Below, piece by piece: positions 27,508 to 38,100 of a stretch of 64,000 nucleotides of DNA. Each line of letters begins with the position of its first letter. The first letter of the stretch is position 1. A program made the position numbers and the translations under genes. The stretch covers positions 5,024,001 to 5,088,000 of the forward strand of contig OZ242029.1 of assembly GCA_965205015.1 (NCBI GenBank), given 5' to 3'. The notes beneath the pieces were generated by a model. It saw only the letters and a list, made by a program, of their open reading frames with translations. It was not told where the DNA came from and made no database searches. This DNA is from Candidatus Poribacteria bacterium. Its GTDB lineage: Bacteria > Poribacteria > WGA-4E > WGA-3G.

Positions 27508-28782
27508 ATGAATAAAAGCGCATCAGATCAGACAAACCCCGGTTCGGAAGAATCTTATCCGTCCGAAAAGCGCAATTTAGTTGTCTTTGCGCTAAACCAG
27601 ATTCTGATGCGGCTCGGTTGGATGTTCAAAGCCGAGTCTGTCGTCATTCCAGCGTTTATCGATATCTATACCTCGTCTGGAACCATCCGCGGATTGCTAC
27701 CCCTCATTCTGCGGATCGGACAGAGCCTCCCCCAGTTTCTCGTCGCACAACGCGTCGCACAGATGCCAAAAAAACAGGGGTTTTTCATTCTCACAGGATT
27801 CGGTTTTGCCATTCCGTGGTGTGTGTTGTCGCTGATATTGGGCTTAACGAGTTGGTCAGCAAACGTCATAGTTGCTATTTTTCTTCTGCTATGTACTGTG
27901 CACTGGCTCATGGTCGGTTGCAATCATCTGGCGAACGGGACCTTGCAAGGCAAGCTCATCAGCCCCGAAAAACGGGGCAGACTTCTCGCCTATTCCAACG
28001 TCATCGGTTGTTCACTTTCGATCGGACTTGCTGTGTACCTCATGCCGCGCTGGCTTTCTGAGAGCAACCCGCATTACGCCGTGATCTTCGGTGTAACGTC
28101 GGGTGCCTTCGGTATCGCCGCTTTCATCAGTTTTGGGTTTAAGGAACTCCCATCACAGCCAGAAGGCACGGCCCCTTTTTTCAAATTTCTCGGGGATGCA
28201 CTCCTCTTGCTGAGGTATGATAGGAATTTTCGTCGATTTGCGCTCGTTATTCTACTGTTCTACTCCATCTGGCCCCTTTTTCCACACTATGCGGTCTTCG
28301 GAAAGCGGACATTAGGGCTCGCCTCCTCCGGTTTTGTTACGTTAATAGTTGCGCAAAATGCCTCTAACGCCGTCGGTGCCGGTATCATGGGCAACATCGC
28401 CGACCGCTCAGGGAACCGATTCGTCCTGCGGCTTCTGATATTAATCAGTGCTTTTACGCCGTTACTGGCGGTCGTCATCAGTCGAATGCCTTCCGGGGCG
28501 CAGTTGTACTGGATTATCTTTGCGCTAATCGGATTCACACCCGTGTCTGCCCGGATCGTCACAAACTACACCCTTGAAATCGCACCACAGGAAAAACACC
28601 CGCAATATCTCGGCGTGATGAGTCTTTTTCAAGCGATCCCTCTGTTTGTTTCGCCGTTGATTGGCGCGTTAATCGAGGAATTCGCCTTTGAACCGGTTTT
28701 TATCACGTGTTCGGTACTTGTTTCACTTGGATTCTTGCTGACCTTCAAATTGGCTGAACCGCGGTTTAACCAAAGGACTTAA
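27508..28782 (+). CDS. MFS transporter
   Basis: About 12 TM helices; GNIADRSGNR motif A. Confidence 0.85.
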   Translation: MNKSASDQTNPGSEESYPSEKRNLVVFALNQILMRLGWMFKAESVVIPAFIDIYTSSGTIRGLLPLILRIGQSLPQFLVAQRVAQMPKKQGFFILTGFGFAIPWCVLSLILGLTSWSANVIVAIFLLLCTVHWLMVGCNHLANGTLQGKLISPEKRGRLLAYSNVIGCSLSIGLAVYLMPRWLSESNPHYAVIFGVTSGAFGIAAFISFGFKELPSQPEGTAPFFKFLGDALLLLRYDRNFRRFALVILLFYSIWPLFPHYAVFGKRTLGLASSGFVTLIVAQNASNAVGAGIMGNIADRSGNRFVLRLLILISAFTPLLAVVISRMPSGAQLYWIIFALIGFTPVSARIVTNYTLEIAPQEKHPQYLGVMSLFQAIPLFVSPLIGALIEEFAFEPVFITCSVLVSLGFLLTFKLAEPRFNQRT

Positions 28783-28802
28783 GAATCGGTATTCTATAGT
28801 TC

Positions 28803-28830
28803 TTCTGTAGGAGGGAACTCCGATTCCCGA
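28803..28830 (+). repeat. GTAG REP element
   Basis: Exact reverse complement of 480-507. Confidence 0.85.
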
Positions 28831-28888
28831 CTCTTCGCTGTAGAAGTTTATACACAGTCAAATAAGTTGGCACAGAAGGAGCACCCCC

Positions 28889-30028
28889 ATGACGGCGAAA
28901 ATGTCGTGCCCATTTTGTGGGACACAGGTTGAATACGCTATCGAAAATTCGCCTGAGTGGTATCGCGATCCGTCGCTCCCCGTCTACCGAATCGATTGCC
29001 GTGATAAATGTAGACAGTATTGGCTTGAAGCGATCTCTGACCCCCACCCACACATCGATCCAACGATCCTTGCCTTCTTAGATTCCATCAATGATGAACA
29101 ACGAACGTTTATCTCTGAATCAACACGACACGCCTGTGACAACGGCATTTTGATAGTTTATAGCAGCAAGATTTTACAATACCTTACCACCGATTGGCAC
29201 TATGCAAAAGCGGCGGTTATGTTGTATGAATTCAATAACGTTTCATTCCGAATCAGTGGTGCTGGATTTGATGTTGCGAATATGTTGTTTTTCGTAGATA
29301 CTGCGGACGCACGATTCACACTGAGACTCTATCAGGCTGGAACGCCTATCCATAAAATTCGATCTGAAATCTATTGGTTACAAGTACTTTGGAACAAGGG
29401 ACGCGTCAAGACCCTCTCACCTGTGTCTGGACGGGACGGGGAGAGGGTTCAGTGTATCTCCCCAAACGATCTACCGCCGCGCTATGCGACTGTATACGAT
29501 TGGATTCCCGGTGAAACGCTTAATACACTTCCCGCATCAGAAAGAACGTCAGGACTGATTCGGCGGCTCGGTATCATGGTGGGTCGCATGCACGCTGTGT
29601 CGGAGACCTTAGCACTACCCCACTGGTTCACCCGTCCTCGATACGATATAGATTGGATTGCCTCAAAAATTGAAGGGGCACTTGGAAGTGATGCCATGGA
29701 CGCTTCGGTGGAGGAACTTACAAAACTTTCCACGCTCCGCTCGCGCTTCTCACGATTTGCCGCAGAACAGGGGGAAGGACGGGATGTTTTTGGACTCATC
29801 CATTCGGATCTGGAACCCCATAATATCATTATCTCCGACGGACAACTCTGCCCAATTGACGTGCGCGAGTTTGGGTTCGGTTACTATCTCTCCGATATTC
29901 TCACGCTTTCACGCCATCTCAATGAAGATGAAGGGGCAATTTTCTTTGAGGGTTATCAAGAAATCCGATCGCTCCCAACAGATTACCCTCAACAGTTGGC
30001 GCTATTTGAAGAGTTGCGCATGCTGTAA
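28889..30028 (+). CDS. APH/homoserine kinase type II-like phosphotransferase with N-terminal Cys-rich domain
   Basis: LRLY...SEIYWL..L, WIPG, LG..VGRMH, IHSDLEPHNII, PID; N-terminal CPFC...CRDKC. Confidence 0.8.
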   Translation: MTAKMSCPFCGTQVEYAIENSPEWYRDPSLPVYRIDCRDKCRQYWLEAISDPHPHIDPTILAFLDSINDEQRTFISESTRHACDNGILIVYSSKILQYLTTDWHYAKAAVMLYEFNNVSFRISGAGFDVANMLFFVDTADARFTLRLYQAGTPIHKIRSEIYWLQVLWNKGRVKTLSPVSGRDGERVQCISPNDLPPRYATVYDWIPGETLNTLPASERTSGLIRRLGIMVGRMHAVSETLALPHWFTRPRYDIDWIASKIEGALGSDAMDASVEELTKLSTLRSRFSRFAAEQGEGRDVFGLIHSDLEPHNIIISDGQLCPIDVREFGFGYYLSDILTLSRHLNEDEGAIFFEGYQEIRSLPTDYPQQLALFEELRML

Positions 30029-30092
30029 CCCAACGACGGACGCATTAAAAAAATCGAAAACGCAATGCTTCGTCGGAATATGCTCCTTATGA

Positions 30093-30121
30093 TTGACTCA
30101 CCTTTACGTCTGTGATAACAT
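30093..30121 (+). promoter_or_regulatory. Sigma70-type promoter
   Basis: TTGACT-17-TAACAT with an extended TG. Confidence 0.5.
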
Positions 30122-30160
30122 ATCCGCACGGAAGATACGAAATTTCTAAGGAGTCTCCAC

Positions 30161-31552
30161 ATGGAACATCGCTATCTTTTCCTCGACCTACAGCACGTCA
30201 CCCGAATCGAAAGACTTTACCGGCGGATGCACCAACCGCAACGGCATCCCGATAACCCAGTCTTGCGCGGTGAAAATCCGTGGGAGAGCGTCGCATCCCT
30301 CTACGGCACAGTCCTCTACGACCCGCAGGACTCGCGCTTCAAAATGTGGTATCTCACAGGACCTTATGTGGATGGGATGGTGAAAATCCGCCAACGGAAC
30401 GCACTCGGTAATGTGACACTCCTCGCGTATGCCACCTCAATCGACGGCGTGCAGTGGGAGAAACCGATCCTAAACCAAGTCGATTTTGAAGGAAGCACTG
30501 CCAATAATCTTGTGGATGTCGGACGCACAAACTGCGAAGGCATGGCTGTCATCTACGACGAAGGCGAAACGGATCCTGCCCGTCGTTACAAAGGCTTTTA
30601 TTGGGAACACGGCGGGATCGACACCTTCATCCAGCACGAAGGACGCACGATCTGGGGACAGGGGGACGGAGACGGCATGTGGATGTCGTTTTCACCGGAT
30701 GGCGTTCACTGGACGAACTGCGAGACGAATCCCGTGATTCCGCTCGGTAGCGACACAACCCAATCCTTGGTGTGGGATCCCAGAATACAGAAATACGTCG
30801 TCTTTGGACGGTTCGGTGCAGGCGGACGCAAAACCGCTCGCGCCGAGAGTCCCGACGCGATCCACTTCAGCGCGCCGAAACGCGTGTTTGAATGCGACGC
30901 GATTGATGAGGAAGGTACACAAATCTACGGCATGCCCATCAATCTCTACGAGGGTATCTATCTCGGTATGATCTGGGTCTATCGTGAAGGCGTTGACGGC
31001 ACGATTGACACATCCCTCGCGATGAGCCGTGACGGTATCAACTGGCAACGCGTCTTGGATCGGCAAACGTTCCTATCGCTCGGACAAGCGGGCAGTTGGG
31101 AAGACGGGATGGTGAGAATCAGCCAGAATTTCGTCACACGCGGCGATCAGATCTATTTCTATTACGGAGGCGTGAACGGACCGCACACCGGCAGGAAATT
31201 CAAGCAGGTCGAACGGCAGCACACATCCATGCTCGGCTTGGCGACGTTGCGACGTGACGGGTTCGTCTCACTGGATGCAGGTGAAACCGAGGGATCCATG
31301 CTAACAAAACCGTTGACACTCAATAGTGGAGAATTACACCTCAACGTCGATGCGAGTCGAGGTTACGTCGTTGTTGCAATTACGGATGATATGGGCACCC
31401 CTTTAGAGAATTACACCGCTCACCAAATTGCTGGAAACCAATTAGATGCGGAGGTTAAATTCAGCCATTCGTTGGAGGTGCTCAAAGGGAGAGAGGTCCG
31501 ACTCCAGTTTCAAATCAGGAACGCAAGTCTATATTCCTATTGGTTCGCTTAG
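30161..31552 (+). CDS. Five-bladed beta-propeller glycoside hydrolase-like protein
   Basis: Repeated S.DG..W boxes (ATSIDGVQW, SPDGVHW, SRDGINW), NPVL, LRRDGFVSL; C-terminal beta-sandwich. Confidence 0.7.
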   Translation: MEHRYLFLDLQHVTRIERLYRRMHQPQRHPDNPVLRGENPWESVASLYGTVLYDPQDSRFKMWYLTGPYVDGMVKIRQRNALGNVTLLAYATSIDGVQWEKPILNQVDFEGSTANNLVDVGRTNCEGMAVIYDEGETDPARRYKGFYWEHGGIDTFIQHEGRTIWGQGDGDGMWMSFSPDGVHWTNCETNPVIPLGSDTTQSLVWDPRIQKYVVFGRFGAGGRKTARAESPDAIHFSAPKRVFECDAIDEEGTQIYGMPINLYEGIYLGMIWVYREGVDGTIDTSLAMSRDGINWQRVLDRQTFLSLGQAGSWEDGMVRISQNFVTRGDQIYFYYGGVNGPHTGRKFKQVERQHTSMLGLATLRRDGFVSLDAGETEGSMLTKPLTLNSGELHLNVDASRGYVVVAITDDMGTPLENYTAHQIAGNQLDAEVKFSHSLEVLKGREVRLQFQIRNASLYSYWFA

Positions 31553-31607
31553 AGAAGGATGTAATTTGTGGTAATCAGGAACATAAAATTTAATTTTGGA
31601 GGAAAAA

Positions 31608-32018
31608 ATGAAGCATATCTATCACAAAGAGGATGCCGAAGTCGTCCGAATTGAAGACGAGGCGCCCCGCACATTGTACACCCTCATTGAGCCGAATACC
31701 GTTGGCACGAAACACTTCTCTATGGGGTTGGAAGAAATTGATCCGCATAGTGAAATTCCGCTCCACTCGCACAGCGAATCCGAGGAAATTATTTTTGTCT
31801 ACGGTGGACAAGGGAAAGCATTTGTCGGTGATGAAGTTGCTGATCTGAAACCCGGTACAGTCATCTATCTCCCACCGAATGTTGAACACCGTTTTGTCAA
31901 CACAGGCGATGAACCGCTCTGGATTACATGGACACTCTCACCCCCGGGTTTCGAGAAACAAATCCGTAAGATTGCGGACGGTTCCGCAGGAATGGAAGTC
32001 TTTAGCGAAACGCCTTAA
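31608..32018 (+). CDS. Cupin domain protein
   Basis: PLHSHSESEEIIFVYGG...PG....LPPNVEH. Confidence 0.9.
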   Translation: MKHIYHKEDAEVVRIEDEAPRTLYTLIEPNTVGTKHFSMGLEEIDPHSEIPLHSHSESEEIIFVYGGQGKAFVGDEVADLKPGTVIYLPPNVEHRFVNTGDEPLWITWTLSPPGFEKQIRKIADGSAGMEVFSETP

Positions 32019-32033
32019 AATCTCTGGTATGAA

Positions 32034-32069
32034 GTAAACCGATTAAAGGCAATTGCGTTATTATAATAT
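32034..32069 (+). promoter_or_regulatory. Candidate ECF-sigma promoter for the TPR-MoxR operon
   Basis: GTAAAC-16 nt-CGTTA followed by ttataatat; similar motifs at 56380 and 59753. Confidence 0.4.
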
Positions 32070-32127
32070 CCCAAATTGCGACTCGTCAGTTGTTAAGAAC
32101 GAACGATTTCAATCAAGAAGTATCTGT

Positions 32128-32168
32128 AATCCTATAAATCCTTGAATCCTGCCAATCCTGATTCTGAC
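32128..32168 (+). repeat. Short AATCCT tandem repeat element
   Basis: aatcct at 32128, 32137, 32145 and 32154, then gattctgac. Confidence 0.7.
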
Positions 32169-32185
32169 AGTAAGGAGATCCCCTC

Positions 32186-35100
32186 ATGTTCGGACGAGAA
32201 AAGCGCGCAATCGTCGTATGTGTATTGTATCTTGTCGCCTGCACCTTTTATCTTTCCTCAATGACCTTTGCCCAAGATGAAAAAATCATTGAACGCTATA
32301 AGTTAATGCTCAGTCGTAACCCAAAAGAGGGAAGCACCTTTGACCGGCTCTATCAGTTTTATCTCGAAGGGGCGGGCTTAGATGCCATGATTGCCGATTA
32401 TCAGGCGGAGGCAGAAGCCAAACCCAGCGATTCGAACATTCAACTCATCTTGGGGCACATCCACAAACGACTTGGCAAGGATATTGAAACCGTTAACGCA
32501 TACCAGGGCGCTGTTAAACTTGCACCAAACGAGTATTATCCGCATTTCGCTTTGGGACAGATGTTCGCGACGTTGCGTCAGCATGAGGATGCAATTCGCG
32601 AGTTAACGAAGGCCGCGGAACTCTCGGAACAGACACACGCAGCATCCCCCGAAGAATTAATGGAAATTTACAAAGCACTCGGGCGCGCCTATTTCAGCCG
32701 GGACCGCGTGGACGAGGCGATTTCGGCATGGGGGAAAATTCCCGAACTCGACCCAGAAAATATCTTCTCCCGCATCGAACTCGCAGACCTCTTCCGAGAA
32801 CAGGAACTCTATGAACAAGCCATCGCGCAGCATGAAGCGATTATTGGACTTAAGACAGACGATCCGTACCGGGTCTGTCTGAGCCTTCGGGACATCGGAA
32901 ACATCCACGATGAGAAGGGCGATTATGAGGGGGCAATACAGAGTTACGATGCTGCAATGGCGTTGACGGCACCCGGCAATTGGCTACGGAAAGACCTTCA
33001 ACACCGCGTTATCGGTATCTACGCCGCTGATGGCAATTGGGAAGGTTTGATTGCGCACTATCAAAGGAAACTTGAAGACACACCGAACGACCCAGAATTG
33101 ATCGGCTTGTTGGCTTCCGCGTATATTGAAAACCAGCAGCTCGACGAAGGTATCGCCACCTATCAAAAAGCGGTGGCGCTCGCGCCGACAGACACGGGAA
33201 TTCGGTTAAACTTAATCACTGCCCTTCGCAGTGCTGAGAAACTCGAAGACGCAGCAACCGCTTACGAATCTCTCAGCGAGCAACAACCTGACGACTTCGG
33301 CATCTACCGCGAACTCGGTGAGTTGTATTTACAATTAGAGGACGAAGGCAAAGCAAGGGCAACATATCAGCGAATGCTTGACCGTGACCCCGAAAATGCC
33401 AGTACGCATCTCATCCTTGCTGAAATCTACGCTGGAAATGACTGGATAGACGCTGCCGTCGCAGCCTATCAAAAAACAATCTCACTTGAACCTAACACTC
33501 TCGATTATATTGAATATTTCGGTGAATTCTATTTCCGTCAGGGAAACCGTGAGAAAACTATAGAGACATGGAATCAGATGATTGCTGGGGACAGGACCAG
33601 CGCTGAGAATTATGACCGGTTGGCGCAGCTATTGGATGCCAAGAATTTTCCTGCCGAAGCCATTGTCGCACGTCGAAAAGCGGTTGAATTGGCACCCGAT
33701 TCCTATCCCTATCGTGAGGCATTGGCGCGGCAGCTCACAGAGAATAAAAACTACGACGAGGCGTTGGCAGAATATGCTGAAGCAGCCAAACTCGCACCAA
33801 ACGAATTTTTCGCCGAGCAGATGGCTGACCAGCAGATCGAAATCTATCGGCGGCAAGGGACGCTTATTGAGAAAATCGAGGCATTGGAGGCGGACCTCGA
33901 AAAGCCTGGGATTGCCGATGCTGACGCCTTCACGCAACAGAAGCAGCTTGCCAAGATGTACCTCAAGTTGGGCAATATCACTTATGCGATCGAAGTCCTT
34001 TTGAAAACAAAGGCACTCCACCCCGATGATGTCCTCGTCAATCGTTGGCTCGCAGAGGTCTATGACCAGCAGGGTTTGCGCGATGAAGCCAATGCCGTTT
34101 ATACGCACCTAATTGAAATCGATAGCGCGAATGCACGGGAATACTATGCAAACATTGCCCGCGCTGCTATGATCGTCATGGATTTTGATGCCTCGACGGA
34201 CGCGGCGAAGCAGGCCGTGGCGCACAGCCCACGCAATCCTGAAGGACATCAGATGCTCGCGCAGATCGCCAAACAGGTTGGAAAGTATCAGACAGCCATT
34301 GACAGCCTCAAACAAGCCAGTCGCCTGCGACCGGAGGCAACCAACATTCGTTCGGAACTCGCAGAGGTTTACAAACTTTCGGGGGAGACCCGGCAGGCGA
34401 TTGAGCAGTACTGGCGGTGCTGGGAATTGAGCGCGAGTGTCAATGATAAACTGGCATTCGTCAGACCGCTCTCTGAAGCATATTACGACTTGGGACGACG
34501 TAGCGAATTAGAAGAAAAGTTGAAGCAGATGTCAAGAACAAGCACTTCTATTGTAGGTCCGGTCGTTGCCTTGGCGGAACTCTATCAGATGGAGGGCGAC
34601 CTACCCAACGCACGTTTCCAACTCGCGCGAGCGTTAGACAGGGACCGCGAAAACCCGGATCTGTTAGCGCAGCTCGTCAAAGTCAGTCTTGACCTCGGCG
34701 ATACCCAAGAGGCACTCACCTATCAACAGCGGCTCGTCAAATCACAACCTGATCCCATCCACCGGCAACGACTCGGTGAACTGTTATTTGATACCGGACG
34801 CGAACAGGAGGCAATCCAAGCCTGGACGAAATTGCTACATGCCAAGAACCAACAGCTTGAGGCGGAGATTAAACTTGCAGCCTTACTCATCCGCCACGGG
34901 CTGCTTGATGAAGCCGTGTCTGTGCTCAACCGCGCATCGGAAAAGATAACAGGGGCAGACACCCATATTGCACTCTATCAACTCGGGGCAGCGTTGGTTC
35001 GGATGAATGAATTCGACCAAGCGCAACCCTACTTCCAACGGATTCTGGACATGCCCAAACCCTCTGAGCCTGCAACCCAGAACGTCACCGCGAGCGCATC

Positions 35101-38100
35101 CGGTTCATCATGGGGTCCCCCTGGAATCAATATACGCAGATTTGAGCTCCCACAACAACTCGTCTGGGACATTCAAGGACAATCCTTTGCCTCCAGGAGT
35201 GGACAACAGTGGACACCCAAAAGCTTTGAAGAGGCGCGAGCCGGCGCGCTCGTGCAATTGACAACAATCGCACAACAGCAGCGGAAATTGACGCAACTGA
35301 TCCAACAATTTGAAGCAGACGCCGACGCGAATCCGAAGAATATCCAGAATCTTGAAATATTGGTACAAATCTATACCTTGACGCAAAACACCGACAAAGC
35401 GAAGGAAACAATCAATCGATTGCTCGCTGTATCCCCGAACGATCCTGTCTATCAAAGCCTACGATTGAGTCGTTTACTACGGCAAGACGTTGATTATGAG
35501 ACTTTGAAGCAATACTTGGATGAGATAACCGGGCTAACAGTCGAGGCGCGACTCTGGTATACCGCTCTGTATGCCGGTGATTTCTATCGGCGTGGATGGA
35601 AGGCGGATGCCGAAAAACTCGTGACGGCGCTTGAGGCAGCACAGGTAACCAATCTCGGCACTGGTTCTATGCTCGTGGGAACACTCGCGCAGATGAACAG
35701 GACCGACGCAGCAGAGAGAATCCTCGCACAATTGCCGGTACCAGCACTCTCCACACGTCCCCAGAATTCGGCGATGGGACCGTTGTCACCCCTTCAGCAA
35801 CAATGGCGCCAATATACAAGTATCTATGAAAGTCTCGTCGATGCTTACGTTCGGGCGGAGCATATTGACAAAGCAGTCGGTCTGATTTGGACATTCTTTG
35901 AGCGGACGAAACCCTACGCGACAAATGCACGGCGCGTCTTGAGCATCGCACGCACCTCTCGCGCCTACGGGGGATATACACCCCTTCAGTCAAGCTACCC
36001 ATCTGCCACGACTCACTACGATCAGAACCGTTTGGAGTATCTCCAGCGGGTTTTCAGTCAATTGTGGACGGCGAATCGGCAGGACGCGTTGTACGCCAAA
36101 TTACAGACGGAGTTGGACATCGCGAAAGGCAGAGACCGTATTTATCCCGGCTTGGCATTGAGTTACTGCTATTGGTGGGAAGGACAGCGCGACAAAGCAC
36201 AAGAGGTTCTGTCAGCGTTGCAAAAGGAATTTTCCGATGATCTGACGCTCAAACTCAACACCGTTTTTGCTGCTATCCAGATAGGACAGCATGCCAAAGC
36301 ATTAGCGTTGCTTGAAGAACTCGCCGATGTAGATGCAAAAAACCGTCATCGGTATTATAACCTCACGCTCCAACTTGCCGCACATACGGGGGACACCGTT
36401 GCTGTCCGAGAGTTGGTAACAAAAGTACTGAATTCCCCGATCGGTGTTCGGGAACTGTATCAATTTTCACAAAAACTCCAACAGAGTGGACTCACGCAAT
36501 ACGCGATTCCGATCGCTAACAAAGCAGCCACCTTGGCAATGGCACAGCGCGATCCAAACTTCTTGATAGATTTAAGTCAACATTTAGAGGATTTAGGGCG
36601 CGGGAAAGATGCATCGCGTATCGCTGAACTCGCCTTGCGTTTCGCCAATCAGCGCGACCGGTACGGGCGGACGCTGTATGCCTGGCATTTTCAGCAAGCC
36701 TCTCGGATGGTGGGACGTTCCAAAGTCGTACGAGAACGCGAACCCCAATTGGTTGAAGCCGTCCAGAAAGCCCCAGATTCATTTCAGGCACGGGTTAGAT
36801 TGGCGACGTTCTATGAAAGTACCAATCAACTCAAACAGGCAGCAGACGCGTTTGAGGCAGCACTCACACTGCGCCCTAAAGACAGCATGACTCGAAAACG
36901 GTACGCCCAGATGCTGCAGCGAAGTGGACAGGCGAAAGCCGCTGTCACGCAATACAGGGCACTTCTCAAAGACAACCCGAATACACTCGGTTACAACTAT
37001 TGGGAGGTCATGGAGACCTTCTTCCAAGCAGGCGAAGTTGATGCGCTCGTTTCCATCGCCAAAGAAATGATCGCGCCATCTGTTGGCAGGAATTTCGGCA
37101 ACGATTTCGCTCGAAGCGCAGCACGCCAGTGTATTGAGAGTAACAGACCCAAAGCCGCCATTGAACTCTATGAAAAGATTGTTGAGGCGCAGCCTGACCA
37201 GACGCATACGTATGGCGATTTAGCGTCCGCCTATGCTGCCGCCGGTGAACCAGAGAAAGCGATCCAGTTCCTGCGTGAGAAACTGGAAACCGAAAATGCA
37301 AGACTGATACAAGACGCTTATGCACACGTCCAAATTGTATCCAAACTCACCGAACTCTATAAAACGTCAGGTGGGTTAGAAACATGGGTAACGGAGTATG
37401 CGGCGAAACTCGCTGAGAAACCGGAAGACCCCGCATTGATCTACCTCGTTGCCACAATGAAAATCGCAGCGGACGACCTCGACGGGGCAGATACACTCGT
37501 TAACCAACTCCTTGATGACCCGACGCCAGTGAACTCACGATGGATAAGCGGGCTTGCGGATGCCTATCGGTCCGCGAATGACCGAGACCGTGAACGGCGT
37601 CTGCTTGAATCCGCACTCGCAAAGATCGGTCCGCAGGATACGTGGGGACTCTCGGAAAACTACCAAAAACTCGGCACAGTCTACGCCCGACAAGACGAGA
37701 AAGCGAAAGCACAGGATGCCTTCCGTAAGATGGGGACCCTCCGGCTGCTACGAGGCGGCGGTTTCTACGAGAAAGAGCAGATAGCCAATACTTACATGCA
37801 ACATGAGATGTGGGACGATGCCGAAGCACTTTTCAATGAAATCATCAATGATTTCTCAGCCCAACAGTGGACTCGCCAACAGGTACAGCGACAGTTGATG
37901 GAGATTCAACGCCGCCGCGACGCATCAACAATGGCAACCCGAACGCCTGAAGAACCACCGAAATTCAACGTCGGGATGCAGCGAACATTGGCACAACAAC
38001 ATGCCCAGCGCGGTCAGGTCAAGAAAGCTATTGATATTTATGAGCAGATTGAAAAAGTGATGCCTGAAGACCTTGAATCACGGGCACAGCTCGCAACGCT

